Of a stretch of 64,000 nt of DNA, positions 49,639 to 59,385 are shown piece by piece. The DNA is from Bacteroidota bacterium. GTDB taxonomy: Bacteria; Bacteroidota; Bacteroidia; Chitinophagales; Chitinophagaceae. The stretch covers positions 8,972 through 72,971 of the forward strand of contig JANYIM010000183.1 of NCBI GenBank assembly GCA_025362055.1, written 5' to 3'. The notes beneath the pieces were generated by a model, which searched no databases, was not told the DNA's origin, and was given only the letters and a program-made list of their open reading frames with translations. The stretch's first letter is position 1. Every line of letters begins with the position of its first letter. The position numbers and the translations under genes were made by a program.

Positions 49639-50688
49639 ATGAGCATCAAAGCCTTTAAATACCTGTGCCCGGTAATAATATATGTGCTGGCCTGGCTGGC
49701 ATTTACCCAACGGGGCTGGCTTACCTGGAGCCCGATGCTTTTTGCCTGGATAGTATTGCCACTGGCCGAACTTTTTATCAAACCCAATGCAAAAAATATT
49801 CCTACGGCAGAAGAAGAAATGATAAAAAAAGACCGGGTATATGATTACCTGCTATATATTATTGTAATACTGCAATTCATTGCTTTGTACACGTTCTTAA
49901 GTTCAATGAGAACAGGCGGACTGTACTGGTGGGAAATTGTTGGCAGGATCTGGAGCATGGGATTACTATGCGGCACTTTTGGTATCAACGTGGCACATGA
50001 ATTGGGGCACCGGGTAAATAAATTTGAACAGTTCCTGGCGAAAATATTATTGATGACCTCTTTATACATTCATTTTTTTATTGAACACAATAAAGGCCAT
50101 CATAAAAATGTGGCTACGCCCAAAGATCCCAGCAGTGCGCATCTCAATGAACCGGTGTATGCTTTTTATTTCCGTACGGTTATTTTTTCCTATTTGTCTG
50201 CATGGAAAATATCCAATGAAGAAATGAGCAAACGGGGGCTGGTTATTTTGAATTGGAGAAATGAAATGTTGCAGGCACATATCATCCAATTTTTATTTAC
50301 GGCTGGTATCTTCTTTATGTTTGGCTGGCTGGTAACCCTTTACTTTTTAGGTGCCGCAGCCATTGGTATTGCACTTTTGGAAACCGTAAACTACATTGAA
50401 CATTACGGATTACAACGCAAAGAAATTAGTGAAGGGAAATATGAAAGAGCAATGCCCTCGCACAGCTGGAACAGCAATCATATTTTAGGCAGGGTAATGC
50501 TTTTTGAGTTGAGCCGCCACAGTGATCATCATTACCTGGCCAGCCGAAAATACCAGGTATTGCAACACCATGATGATGCCCCGCAATTACCCACGGGTTA
50601 TCCCGGCAGTATGATGCTGGCATTAATTCCTCCTGCCTGGTTCTATGTGATGAATAAGCGGATCAGGAAATTAGAAGATCAAAGTTGA
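49639..50688 (+). CDS. alkB: Alkane 1-monooxygenase family membrane di-iron enzyme
   Basis: His boxes HELGH, EHNKGHH, NYIEHYG, LSRHSDHH; PQLPTGY. Confidence 0.88.
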   Translation: MSIKAFKYLCPVIIYVLAWLAFTQRGWLTWSPMLFAWIVLPLAELFIKPNAKNIPTAEEEMIKKDRVYDYLLYIIVILQFIALYTFLSSMRTGGLYWWEIVGRIWSMGLLCGTFGINVAHELGHRVNKFEQFLAKILLMTSLYIHFFIEHNKGHHKNVATPKDPSSAHLNEPVYAFYFRTVIFSYLSAWKISNEEMSKRGLVILNWRNEMLQAHIIQFLFTAGIFFMFGWLVTLYFLGAAAIGIALLETVNYIEHYGLQRKEISEGKYERAMPSHSWNSNHILGRVMLFELSRHSDHHYLASRKYQVLQHHDDAPQLPTGYPGSMMLALIPPAWFYVMNKRIRKLEDQS

Positions 50689-50692
50689 AATG

Positions 50693-51112
50693 TTATTTCT
50701 TGGCATTCGTTGTAACATAAGCAAGCACATTTTGCTTTTCCGGATCGCTGAGGTTGGCCTTCGTCGCCATTACCTGCATAATGCTTATCCAGCGATCGGC
50801 AGTATAATCAGCAACAACTTTTAAACCATGGCAACGGCCGCATTTTGCATTATAGGTTGATTGGCCCGCTATTGCTGCCGCATCTGTTCCTGTAGCCGTT
50901 CTTTCGGCGGTTTTTGTACCGGCAGTAGTAGTGCTTGCTGCACTAGCGGTAGTTGTTGTAGAAGGCGTTGATGTTGTTGTAGTTGATTTATCACTTACAG
51001 GTGTGTTCATGCCAGTATTAGTCGCCGGTGTTTCTGTTTTTGCAGGAGTTGTTTTGTGAGAGCAACTCCAAAAAAACAAGGTTAAGGCTACGATCGGGAA
51101 TACTTTTTTCAT
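50693..51112 (-). CDS. Small c-type cytochrome lipoprotein
   Basis: Lipobox FWSC, Thr-rich linker, CGRCH heme motif. Confidence 0.8.
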   Translation of the reverse strand: MKKVFPIVALTLFFWSCSHKTTPAKTETPATNTGMNTPVSDKSTTTTSTPSTTTTASAASTTTAGTKTAERTATGTDAAAIAGQSTYNAKCGRCHGLKVVADYTADRWISIMQVMATKANLSDPEKQNVLAYVTTNAKK

Positions 51113-51197
51113 CCTGGGATTTTTAAATTATTGTTATTAAGAAATATAAATATAGGAAGTTTACCTAAACCAATGTTTCAACATCGGGAAAATTTTG

Positions 51198-52490
51198 TTA
51201 ATCAATGGTTGCGGCACCAAAATAAGTATGCAATATGTTTGGCAACGCTATCCCTTTTGTGGTTTGATTATTTTCGAGCAGGCAGGCTACAATACGTGGC
51301 AATGCCAGGGAAGAACCGTTCAGTGAATGTAGCAACTGTGTTTTATTATCCCCGTCCCTGTCTGCCGGCGAGGCAGGCTTAAACCTGATCTTCATCCTGT
51401 TAGTCTGAAAAGTTTCAAAATTACTAACAGAACTTACCTCCAGCCATTTTTGTTGTGCTGCGCTGTACACTTCAAAATCATAAGTAAGTGCAGAAGCAAA
51501 GCTCATATCGCCACCGCATAAGCGCAAAATTCGATAGGGCAGTTCCAGTGACTGCAACAATTTTTCAACGTGTACCACCATCTCTTCAAGCACCTGGTAA
51601 CTATTATCGGGATGCACGATCTGTACAATCTCCACCTTATCGAACTGGTGTACCCGGTTCAGCCCACGCACATCAGCACCAAAACTTCCTGCTTCTCTTC
51701 TGAAGCAGGGTGTATAAGCCGTCATCTTCAATGGCAGGTCCGTTTCTTTGATGATCTCATCGCGGTAAATATTTGTCAAAGGAACTTCGGATGTAGGTAT
51801 CAGGTAAAAATTATCCGCAGTAGCGTGATACATCTGCCCCTCTTTATCCGGCAACTGCCCGGTACCGTAAGCCGAGGATTCATTCACCAGCAGGGGCGGT
51901 AAATATTCTGTATATCCTGCTTCGATATTATAATCTAAAAAATATTGTATCAATGCCCGTTGCAATTTGGCACCCTTGCCTTTGTAAAGGGGGAATCCGC
52001 TGCCGGTTAATTTGGCGCCCGTTTCAAAATCAACGATGTCATATTGTTTTATGATATCCCAGTGTGGGACTGCAGTTGCAGGTAGTATTGGTTTTATACC
52101 GCCTTCTCTCACCACTTCATTATCCTCCGGTGTTTTGCCTTTTGGTACAGAACTATGCGGAAGGTTGGGTAAGATAACCAGTTCATCATGCAATGATCTT
52201 TCTGCGTCAGCCAATTGCTGGCTTAGGTCCTGCAAAGTATTTTTACGCTGCGCAACTTCTTGTTTTTTTATTTCAGCAGCATCTTTTTCACCCTTGCCCA
52301 TCAACATACCAATTTCTTTACTGGCGGCATTGATGGATGCCTGTAAAGTTTCCGTTGCTGTTTTAAGTTTGCGAACCTGCTCGTCTGTTTCCAGTAACCT
52401 GTCGATCGCCGACAGGTCAGCAAAATGTTTAAGTGCCAATCGCTCTTTTACCGCTGCAGAATTTTGCCGTATGTAATTTATCTGTAACAT
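51198..52490 (-). CDS. serS: Serine--tRNA ligase
   Basis: LIPTSEVP, CFRREAG, RVHQFDKVE, EVSSVSN, LNGSSLALPR motifs. Confidence 0.97.
   Translation of the reverse strand: MLQINYIRQNSAAVKERLALKHFADLSAIDRLLETDEQVRKLKTATETLQASINAASKEIGMLMGKGEKDAAEIKKQEVAQRKNTLQDLSQQLADAERSLHDELVILPNLPHSSVPKGKTPEDNEVVREGGIKPILPATAVPHWDIIKQYDIVDFETGAKLTGSGFPLYKGKGAKLQRALIQYFLDYNIEAGYTEYLPPLLVNESSAYGTGQLPDKEGQMYHATADNFYLIPTSEVPLTNIYRDEIIKETDLPLKMTAYTPCFRREAGSFGADVRGLNRVHQFDKVEIVQIVHPDNSYQVLEEMVVHVEKLLQSLELPYRILRLCGGDMSFASALTYDFEVYSAAQQKWLEVSSVSNFETFQTNRMKIRFKPASPADRDGDNKTQLLHSLNGSSLALPRIVACLLENNQTTKGIALPNILHTYFGAATID
51357..51377. repeat. Palindromic CCTGYC..GCAGG repeat inserted in frame in serS
   Basis: CCTGTCTGCCGGCGAGGCAGG, 21 nt, encoding PASPADR. 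Related intergenic copies at 55505-55523 and 42146-42162. Confidence 0.75.
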
Positions 52491-52666
52491 TTACCCGAAT
52501 ATTTTTGCGAAGATACAAATTTGGTGTTGAGCATAAGAGACCGGCTAAGAGGCCGAAGGGGAAAAGGAGGGAAAGGAGTAGAAACAAGTGCCTTTTTACA
52601 CGCTCTTTATTACTCATTTTCTCTTTTTTACTCTTAGCTATTCGCTTTTGCCCTTAGCTTTGCACG

Positions 52667-53020
52667 ATGCAACAGGCGAAAGACGATCTGCAAGTGAGGT
52701 GGCTTAAGTTACGCATTAAGCTCAAGGAACAATTCAACATCAAGCCTGATATGGACGGCATTCTTTTTTTAATAGGCATACAGGAACTGGGGAGCGGTAA
52801 ACAGGATTTTACCAAGGAACAAAAGCAGGACCTCATGCATATTGCCGTTTGTACTGTACTTTCGCCGAGCGGTTATTATGCATCAGAGGGTAATGACGAG
52901 GACGGCTGGCCGCATTTTAAACAACTAAAGGTGTTGCCGGGTTTTATCATGACCGAGCAGGAAAATTTTTTAAAAGATCATATTTTACTATATTTCCAAA
53001 ATCAAAATTTCATTGACTAA
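52667..53020 (+). CDS. Conserved Bacteroidota hypothetical protein
   Basis: LFLIGIQELG, KEQKQDLMHIAVC, DEDGWPH motifs. Confidence 0.85.
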   Translation: MQQAKDDLQVRWLKLRIKLKEQFNIKPDMDGILFLIGIQELGSGKQDFTKEQKQDLMHIAVCTVLSPSGYYASEGNDEDGWPHFKQLKVLPGFIMTEQENFLKDHILLYFQNQNFID

Positions 53021-53030
53021 TTATTTTTTT

Positions 53031-53762
53031 ATGAACAAAGTCAGAATTGCAATTGCTGCTGTATTAATGCTGGTGCTTGTCATGAACGCAGGCGCACAGG
53101 TAAAAAAACAACCCGTTAAAAAAGTGCCCGTTAAGAAAACAACTACGGTTACTGCCAATGCTCCCAAACAAATACGCGTACCGGGCACAAGGATAAAATT
53201 AACCACCGATTCGGGCGTGATCGTTATTCGTTTGTACGACAAAACACCTAAGCACCGTGATAATTTTATAAAACTTGCAAACACTCATTTTTTTGACAGC
53301 CTGTTATTTCACCGTGTGATAAACGGTTTTATGATACAAGGCGGCGATCCCCAAAGTAAGAACGCTCCTGCCGGTGCCATGTTAGGTAATGGAGACGTGG
53401 GTTATACCATACCCGCAGAATTTGATACCAGCTTATTTCATAAAAAAGGCGCACTGTGTGCAGCCCGTACCAATAACCCCGAGAAGGCAAGTAGTGGTTG
53501 CCAGTTCTATATAGTGCAGGGGAAAAAATATATGGACGAAGAATTGAATGGCATAGAAATGCAGATAGGAATGAAATTCTCGCCGCTTAAGCGTAAGATC
53601 TATAAAACGATCGGCGGTACCCCATTCCTCGACACCAACTACACTGTATTTGGTGAAGTGGAAAGCGGCATGGAAGTAATAGATAAAATAGCTGCTGTGC
53701 CCGGTGACGCACAAAACAGGCCACTGGTGGATATTCGCATGAAGGCAGAAGTGATGAAATAG
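53031..53762 (+). CDS. Cyclophilin-type peptidyl-prolyl cis-trans isomerase, exported
   Basis: TPKHRDNF, FHRVINGFMIQGGD, SGCQFYI, YTVFGEV motifs; signal peptide. Confidence 0.93.
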   Translation: MNKVRIAIAAVLMLVLVMNAGAQVKKQPVKKVPVKKTTTVTANAPKQIRVPGTRIKLTTDSGVIVIRLYDKTPKHRDNFIKLANTHFFDSLLFHRVINGFMIQGGDPQSKNAPAGAMLGNGDVGYTIPAEFDTSLFHKKGALCAARTNNPEKASSGCQFYIVQGKKYMDEELNGIEMQIGMKFSPLKRKIYKTIGGTPFLDTNYTVFGEVESGMEVIDKIAAVPGDAQNRPLVDIRMKAEVMK

Positions 53763-53836
53763 AGGTCAAAATAAACTGCTGCCAATTAATAAAAACTTTA
53801 TTTTGCATTCAATTAAAAATTTCAACCGATAATAAA

Positions 53837-54214
53837 ATGAATTTTCCAGCCAACCTGCAGTACACCAAAGATCATGAATGGATCTCTTTAGAAGGCAATA
53901 TTGCCACCATTGGCATTACTGATTTTGCACAGCGCGAGTTGGGCGATATCGTATATGTTGATATCAGCACAAAAGGGAAGCAACTGGGCGCCGAAGAAGT
54001 GTTTGGAACTGTAGAAGCTGTTAAGACTGTTAGCGATCTTTTTTTACCGGTTGCAGGTACCATCACCGAAATAAACCCCTTATTGGATACACAGCCCGAA
54101 TTGGTGAACAATGATCCCTACGGACAAGGCTGGATGGTAAAAATGACTGTAGACAATGTTGCTGATGTTGCTGCACTCATGAATGCCGAAGCCTACAGTA
54201 CAAGCGTAGGATAA
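53837..54214 (+). CDS. gcvH: Glycine cleavage system H protein
   Basis: YTKDHEW, GITDFAQ, EAVKTV lipoyl site, NNDPYGQGW. Confidence 0.97.
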   Translation: MNFPANLQYTKDHEWISLEGNIATIGITDFAQRELGDIVYVDISTKGKQLGAEEVFGTVEAVKTVSDLFLPVAGTITEINPLLDTQPELVNNDPYGQGWMVKMTVDNVADVAALMNAEAYSTSVG

Positions 54215-54224
54215 AAAAAATTAC

Positions 54225-54638
54225 ATGAACAATCTTAATTCGCCCACAGGGGGAATAGGTGCCAGGAAATTCATACCGGGTATTGCCTGGTTTTTTTTCG
54301 TTACATTTTTATTATGCCTGCCGGGTTCCGACCTGCCTACTGTAGAAGATTGGTTCAATAAGATCTATTTCGACAAATGGGTACACATTGGCTTATTTAC
54401 GGTGCTGGCTTTTTTATTCATGCTCCCTTTTTTAAAAGCTACGTTAGACCTAAAAGAAAAATGGCATTGGCTGATCAGGATAGCGATCGCAGCTTCCCTT
54501 TGGGGGCTGACCAGCGAGTTCATCCAAAAATATTTCATACCCGGAAGAAGTTTTGATCTTTTTGACTGGGCAGCAGACAGTTTAGGGGCTTTGATCGCCT
54601 TACTATTCGCGAAATTTCGCTTTTTAAAACAGAAATAG
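54225..54638 (+). CDS. VanZ family membrane protein
   Basis: DKWVH, EFIQ..GRSFDLFDWAAD motifs. Confidence 0.88.
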   Translation: MNNLNSPTGGIGARKFIPGIAWFFFVTFLLCLPGSDLPTVEDWFNKIYFDKWVHIGLFTVLAFLFMLPFLKATLDLKEKWHWLIRIAIAASLWGLTSEFIQKYFIPGRSFDLFDWAADSLGALIALLFAKFRFLKQK

Positions 54639-54737
54639 ACCTATACAAAGTCTTGCTGCAAGGCCACTTGAGCCAGTACAGCGCTTGTTTCATCCATTTT
54701 AACCCCGTATATTTGTATTATGCTGAATGTAGAAAAC

Positions 54738-55481
54738 ATGGAGTACAACACCACCAGGAATCATTTAATTATGAAGGAATATGGCAGACATATTCAAAAA
54801 ATGGTGGAATACCTGTTGTCAATAAAAGATAAAGAAGAAAGGCAACGTAATGCCTATGCTGTAATAGAATTGATGGGTTTTTTAAATCCGCATTTAAAGA
54901 ATGTAGAAGATTTTCGCCATAAATTATGGGACCATCTTTTCCTTATCAGCGACTTTACGCTGGATGTGGAAAGCCCCTATCCTATTCCTACCCGCGAAAC
55001 TTTAAAAGCAAGGCCCGAACGCCTGACCTATCCGAAAAGATATCCCCGCTTTAATCATTTGGGAAAGAATATTGAAGTGGTGATCGACAAGGCATTAAAA
55101 GAAGAGAATCCTGAAAAGAAACAAGGCTTTGCCAATGCCATTGCATATTATATGAAGCTTACCTATAGTAACTGGCACAAAGAGCTGGTGCATGATGATG
55201 CGATACAAAGCGAATTATCATCCATTACAAAAGGCGAACTGGAATTCAATAACCGGCCCTTCGTTAAACATAGAACAGATAACCGCGAAGACAGGGATGA
55301 TTATGGCGGCGGACGCAGTGGCGGCTACCGCAAAAATTTTGGTGGCAGAAGCAATTCCGGCGGTGGGCGTGATAACCGTGGTGGTGGACGCGATAACCGT
55401 GGCGGCGGCGGAAGAGATAATCGTGGTGGTGGCGGAGATAATCGTAACAGTAATAATCGTAATTTTAAGAAGAGATATTAA
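54738..55481 (+). CDS. DUF4290 family protein with an RGG-rich tail
   Basis: MEYNTTR, EYGRHIQ, HKLWDHL motifs; directly upstream of murA. Confidence 0.88.
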   Translation: MEYNTTRNHLIMKEYGRHIQKMVEYLLSIKDKEERQRNAYAVIELMGFLNPHLKNVEDFRHKLWDHLFLISDFTLDVESPYPIPTRETLKARPERLTYPKRYPRFNHLGKNIEVVIDKALKEENPEKKQGFANAIAYYMKLTYSNWHKELVHDDAIQSELSSITKGELEFNNRPFVKHRTDNREDRDDYGGGRSGGYRKNFGGRSNSGGGRDNRGGGRDNRGGGGRDNRGGGGDNRNSNNRNFKKRY

Positions 55482-55502
55482 TCGACAACACAAATTAAAT
55501 CG

Positions 55503-55525
55503 AACCTGCCTGCAGCAGGCAGGTT
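55503..55525. repeat. Palindromic REP-like element
   Basis: AACCTGCCTGC-A-GCAGGCAGGTT. Confidence 0.8.
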
Positions 55526-55545
55526 AAACGAATCAAGAAATATTG

Positions 55546-55574
55546 ACCTGGTGTTTTATACATCAGGTTTTTTT
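55546..55574 (+). terminator. Intrinsic terminator
   Basis: ACCTGGTGT / ACATCAGGT followed by a T run. Confidence 0.65.
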
Positions 55575-55632
55575 ATTTACGTTTGCTTAATTCGTGTAAC
55601 CAGTACTAATTAGTGTATTAAAAATATAGAGA

Positions 55633-56937
55633 ATGGGCTCATTTGAAGTAAGAGGTGGCAAAAAACTTTCCGGGGAGATCACCCCGCAGGGCGCCAAGAA
55701 TGAGGCCTTGCAGGTTATTTCTGCGGTGTTACTAACAGCAGAAAAGGTTACGATCAGCAATATTCCTGATATAGTAGATGTAAACCTGTTGATCGAATTA
55801 CTGGGAGAGATGAATGTGAAGATTAACAGGGCCGGCAGGGATACCTGCACTTTCCAGGCGGATGATGTGCAGGTTGATTATTTAAAGAGTGATGCTTATC
55901 ATAAAAAAAGCGGTAAACTCAGGGGGGCCGTAATGTTGGCGGGGCCGATGCTGGCAAGGTTTAAAAAAGCCTATATCCCAAAACCCGGCGGCGATATGAT
56001 CGGGCGGCGCAGGCTGGATACGCATATCATTGGCTTTGAAAAATTAGGTGCCGGTTTTTCTTATCATGAAGATGGATTTTTTTATTTGACAGCTGATGAA
56101 CTGAAAGGCACAGCCATGCAAATGGATGAACCCAGTTTAACAGGTACTGCCAATATCCTCATGGCAGCAGTAATGGCAAAGGGAACCACTACCATTTATA
56201 ATGCTGCCTGCGAGCCCTACATACAACAGCTTTGTAAAATGCTGAACCGGATGGGAGCAAAGATCAGCGGCATTGCCAGTAATATGCTCACTATTGATGG
56301 TGTAGATAAACTGAATGGTACTGATCACAGAATGTTACCCGATATGATCGAGGTTGGTTCATTCATTGGCCTCGCAGCAATGACGCAAAGTGAGGTCACC
56401 ATAAAAAATGCAGGCGTTGAACACCTTGGCATCATTCCCGAAAAATTCCGGCAATTGGGTATTGAATTAAATTTCAAGGGAGACGATATTCATGTGCCTG
56501 CACAGGAATTATATGAGATACAAAAGTACATGGATGGTGGTGTACTCACTATTTATGATCATCCGTGGCCCGGCTTTACACCCGATCTTTTAAGCATCAT
56601 TTTAGTAACAGCCATCCAGGCAAAGGGAAGCGTATTGGTACACCAGAAAATGTTTGAGAGCCGATTGTTCTTTGTAGATAAACTGATCGACATGGGTGCA
56701 CAGATCATCCTCTGCGATCCGCACCGGGCAGTAGTGATCGGGCTGGAACGCGAAAAGCAATTACGCGGCATCGTTATGAGCAGCCCGGATATCCGCGCCG
56801 GTGTTGCCTTGCTCATTGCTGCACTGAGTGCGCAGGGAAAAAGCGTTATACAGAATATTGAACAGATAGACAGGGGTTACCAGAATATTGATGAGCGGCT
56901 GAAGAATTTAGGGGCTGATATTAAAAGAGTGAATTAA
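55633..56937 (+). CDS. murA: UDP-N-acetylglucosamine 1-carboxyvinyltransferase
   Basis: GAKN, PGGDMIGRR, NAACEP, PWPGFTPD, FESR, DIRAG, IDRGY motifs. Confidence 0.96.
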   Translation: MGSFEVRGGKKLSGEITPQGAKNEALQVISAVLLTAEKVTISNIPDIVDVNLLIELLGEMNVKINRAGRDTCTFQADDVQVDYLKSDAYHKKSGKLRGAVMLAGPMLARFKKAYIPKPGGDMIGRRRLDTHIIGFEKLGAGFSYHEDGFFYLTADELKGTAMQMDEPSLTGTANILMAAVMAKGTTTIYNAACEPYIQQLCKMLNRMGAKISGIASNMLTIDGVDKLNGTDHRMLPDMIEVGSFIGLAAMTQSEVTIKNAGVEHLGIIPEKFRQLGIELNFKGDDIHVPAQELYEIQKYMDGGVLTIYDHPWPGFTPDLLSIILVTAIQAKGSVLVHQKMFESRLFFVDKLIDMGAQIILCDPHRAVVIGLEREKQLRGIVMSSPDIRAGVALLIAALSAQGKSVIQNIEQIDRGYQNIDERLKNLGADIKRVN

Positions 56938-56946
56938 TATTAAAAA

Positions 56947-57363
56947 ATGAAATTCTTTTGCCTAACTACGCTCATAATACTTACGCTAAACTCCTGTCAC
57001 AATAAAACCCTGCAATTACTCAATAAAAAATGGGATTGTGTAAAGATAGAAAACCTTGATCCTGTTAAAAACAAACCCTTTGATACTCCCCAGGATTCTG
57101 CAATAGCTGTTAAATTAGAAACTTCGCTGACTGAGTTGAACTGGATATTTAACAATAACCATAGCTATGAATGCGGTATAGGTGATAAAACCACCATTCG
57201 TGGAACATACACCCTTTCTGAGAATGAAAAGACCCTGGTCTGTACTCCCGATTCAAAGAACACCATTAACCAGTACAACATCACCCGTTTAACGGAAGAT
57301 GAACTCATTTTAAACAGCCGGGTCAATAATACCAATATTGTTCTTCATTTTAGGTCTCATTAG
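56947..57363 (+). CDS. Lipocalin-like lipoprotein
   Basis: Lipobox LNSC; early KKW motif; GTYTL, LTEDELIL. Confidence 0.65.
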   Translation: MKFFCLTTLIILTLNSCHNKTLQLLNKKWDCVKIENLDPVKNKPFDTPQDSAIAVKLETSLTELNWIFNNNHSYECGIGDKTTIRGTYTLSENEKTLVCTPDSKNTINQYNITRLTEDELILNSRVNNTNIVLHFRSH

Positions 57364-57442
57364 GCTTCAATCAGCTGGTGAGCAAAATGATTTGGGTTCA
57401 TTAGCAGGGTTATTTATTCGGCAGTTTTTCTTTTCTTTGCAC

Positions 57443-58018
57443 ATGGCAGGTACAAACCATAAGATCATCATCATCACAGCACCTTCCGGTGCCGGCAAAA
57501 CATCCATCACCAGGTACCTGATGCAACATTTTTCACAACTGGCATTTTCGGTATCAGCCGCTACACGTAAACCAAGGGGCAAGGAAAAAGATGGGGTGGA
57601 TTATCATTTTATCTCCGAAGAAGATTTTAAACAAAAGATACAGCACAATGAATTCGTGGAATGGGAAATGGTGTATGAGGGAAAATATTATGGCACTTTA
57701 AAAGCAGAACTGGAACGCATCTGGGCCCTGTCAAAAATACCCGTGCTTGATATTGACGTGAAGGGGGCCATTCATGTACAGCAGCTTTATCCCGGATCTG
57801 CGCTCAGTCTTTTCATTGAACCACCCACTGTCGAAGAATTAAAAAAAAGACTGGAGACCCGCGGTACCGAAACAGCAGAATCGATCACTGCAAGGGTAAA
57901 TAAAGCGGCTTATGAATTATCCTTTAAGGAACATTTCAACAATACCATTGTAAATGATGACCTGCAGCGCGCCTGTGGTGAGGCGGAAAAGATAGTTAGT
58001 GATTTTATTCAAAGCTGA
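57443..58018 (+). CDS. gmk: Guanylate kinase
   Basis: APSGAGKT, SATTR-like SAATRKPR, DGVDYHF, YYGT, DIDVKG motifs; start reassigned to 57443. Confidence 0.95.
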   Translation: MAGTNHKIIIITAPSGAGKTSITRYLMQHFSQLAFSVSAATRKPRGKEKDGVDYHFISEEDFKQKIQHNEFVEWEMVYEGKYYGTLKAELERIWALSKIPVLDIDVKGAIHVQQLYPGSALSLFIEPPTVEELKKRLETRGTETAESITARVNKAAYELSFKEHFNNTIVNDDLQRACGEAEKIVSDFIQS

Positions 58019-58061
58019 CAGGTTTTAAAGACCTGTTACGCTTAACACTTAATTTTATACC

Positions 58062-59348
58062 ATGGATTGGATGGCCCTTATTGCAATTGCCGCTTCCCTG
58101 TTGTTCATCGGTTTTTTTGCCGGTATAGAGATCGCTTTTGTTTCTGCCAATAAACTTTCTATTGAACTCAACCGAAAACAGGGAACCCGCAGTGGGCAGA
58201 TCTGGGGCAAATTTTCGGATAACCCTGCCCGTTTTATCGGAACTACCCTGGTTGGGATCAATATTGTTTTTGTTGTTTACGGCCTGCTTATCGGCGACAT
58301 GCTATTTCCCATCTGGCACTGGATAGAAAAAAAATTACCGGTTTCTTTTGCTGACTACTTAAAGTATATAAAACTTTTTGCTGAAACCATTCTTTCCACG
58401 CTCATTATACTTTTTGTGGAATTCATGTCAAAAGCATTTTTTCGTGCCCGCAATAATGATATACTCAGTTCGGGTATCATAAGTTATGTTGTTCAGTTTT
58501 TTTACTCGCTTTTTTCTTCTATCGCTGCTTTTTTTGTAGGTATAGCAGAGTGGATACTGAAATATATCTTTAATGTAAAGCTGAATAATAAGAAGGATAT
58601 GTTCACCAAGATTGACCTGGAACATTTTATTCAGCAAAGCAAAAGTCACGAAGAAGAAGACACCAGTGAGATAAACAAAGAGCTATTTGAAAATGCTTTA
58701 TCGCTCAGTGAAATAAAATTAAGGGAGTGCCTGATACCCCGCAGAGAGATTGAAGGTGTTGACAGCAAAATGGCCATCGGGGAAGTAAAAGAAAAATTCA
58801 TTCAAACACAACTGAGTAAATTAGTGGTATATGAAGGAAATATTGACTCTGTCATCGGTTATATTCACCAGCTTGACCTTTTTAAAAGTCCGGCTACCAT
58901 CAAAGAAGTACTGCTGCCGATACCCACCGTTCCCGAAAGTATGAGCGCAACCGACCTGATGAATAAATTCAGTAAGGAAAGGAAAAGCATTGCCTGGGTG
59001 GTGGATGAATTTGGTGGCACGGCTGGTATCGTAACCATGGAAGACTTGCTGGAAGAGATCTTTGGCGATATCAGGGACGAATACGATACCGAGGAGTTCG
59101 TGGAAAAACAACTGGCTAATAATGAGTTCATCTTCAGCGGAAGGCTGGAGCTGGATTATATCACAGAAAAATACAAGCTCTATTTTCCCGATGATAAAGA
59201 AACGGAAACACTCTCGGGTTATATCATCCAGAACAATGAATCGATCCCTAAATTAAAAGACCGCATCATCATTGCCCATTACGAAATTGATATTTTAAAC
59301 GTAAGTGATACCAGGATAGAAATGGTAAAGCTTAAAGTGCTGAAGTGA
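58062..59348 (+). CDS. HlyC/CorC (CNNM-CBS-CorC) family membrane protein
   Basis: FFAGIEIAF, LVGIN, CBS pair, VVDEFGGTAGIVTMEDLLEEIFG. Confidence 0.92.
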   Translation: MDWMALIAIAASLLFIGFFAGIEIAFVSANKLSIELNRKQGTRSGQIWGKFSDNPARFIGTTLVGINIVFVVYGLLIGDMLFPIWHWIEKKLPVSFADYLKYIKLFAETILSTLIILFVEFMSKAFFRARNNDILSSGIISYVVQFFYSLFSSIAAFFVGIAEWILKYIFNVKLNNKKDMFTKIDLEHFIQQSKSHEEEDTSEINKELFENALSLSEIKLRECLIPRREIEGVDSKMAIGEVKEKFIQTQLSKLVVYEGNIDSVIGYIHQLDLFKSPATIKEVLLPIPTVPESMSATDLMNKFSKERKSIAWVVDEFGGTAGIVTMEDLLEEIFGDIRDEYDTEEFVEKQLANNEFIFSGRLELDYITEKYKLYFPDDKETETLSGYIIQNNESIPKLKDRIIIAHYEIDILNVSDTRIEMVKLKVLK

Positions 59349-59385
59349 TCTTCAGTTTGCATACGCTCTCTTATTTTTATTTTAC

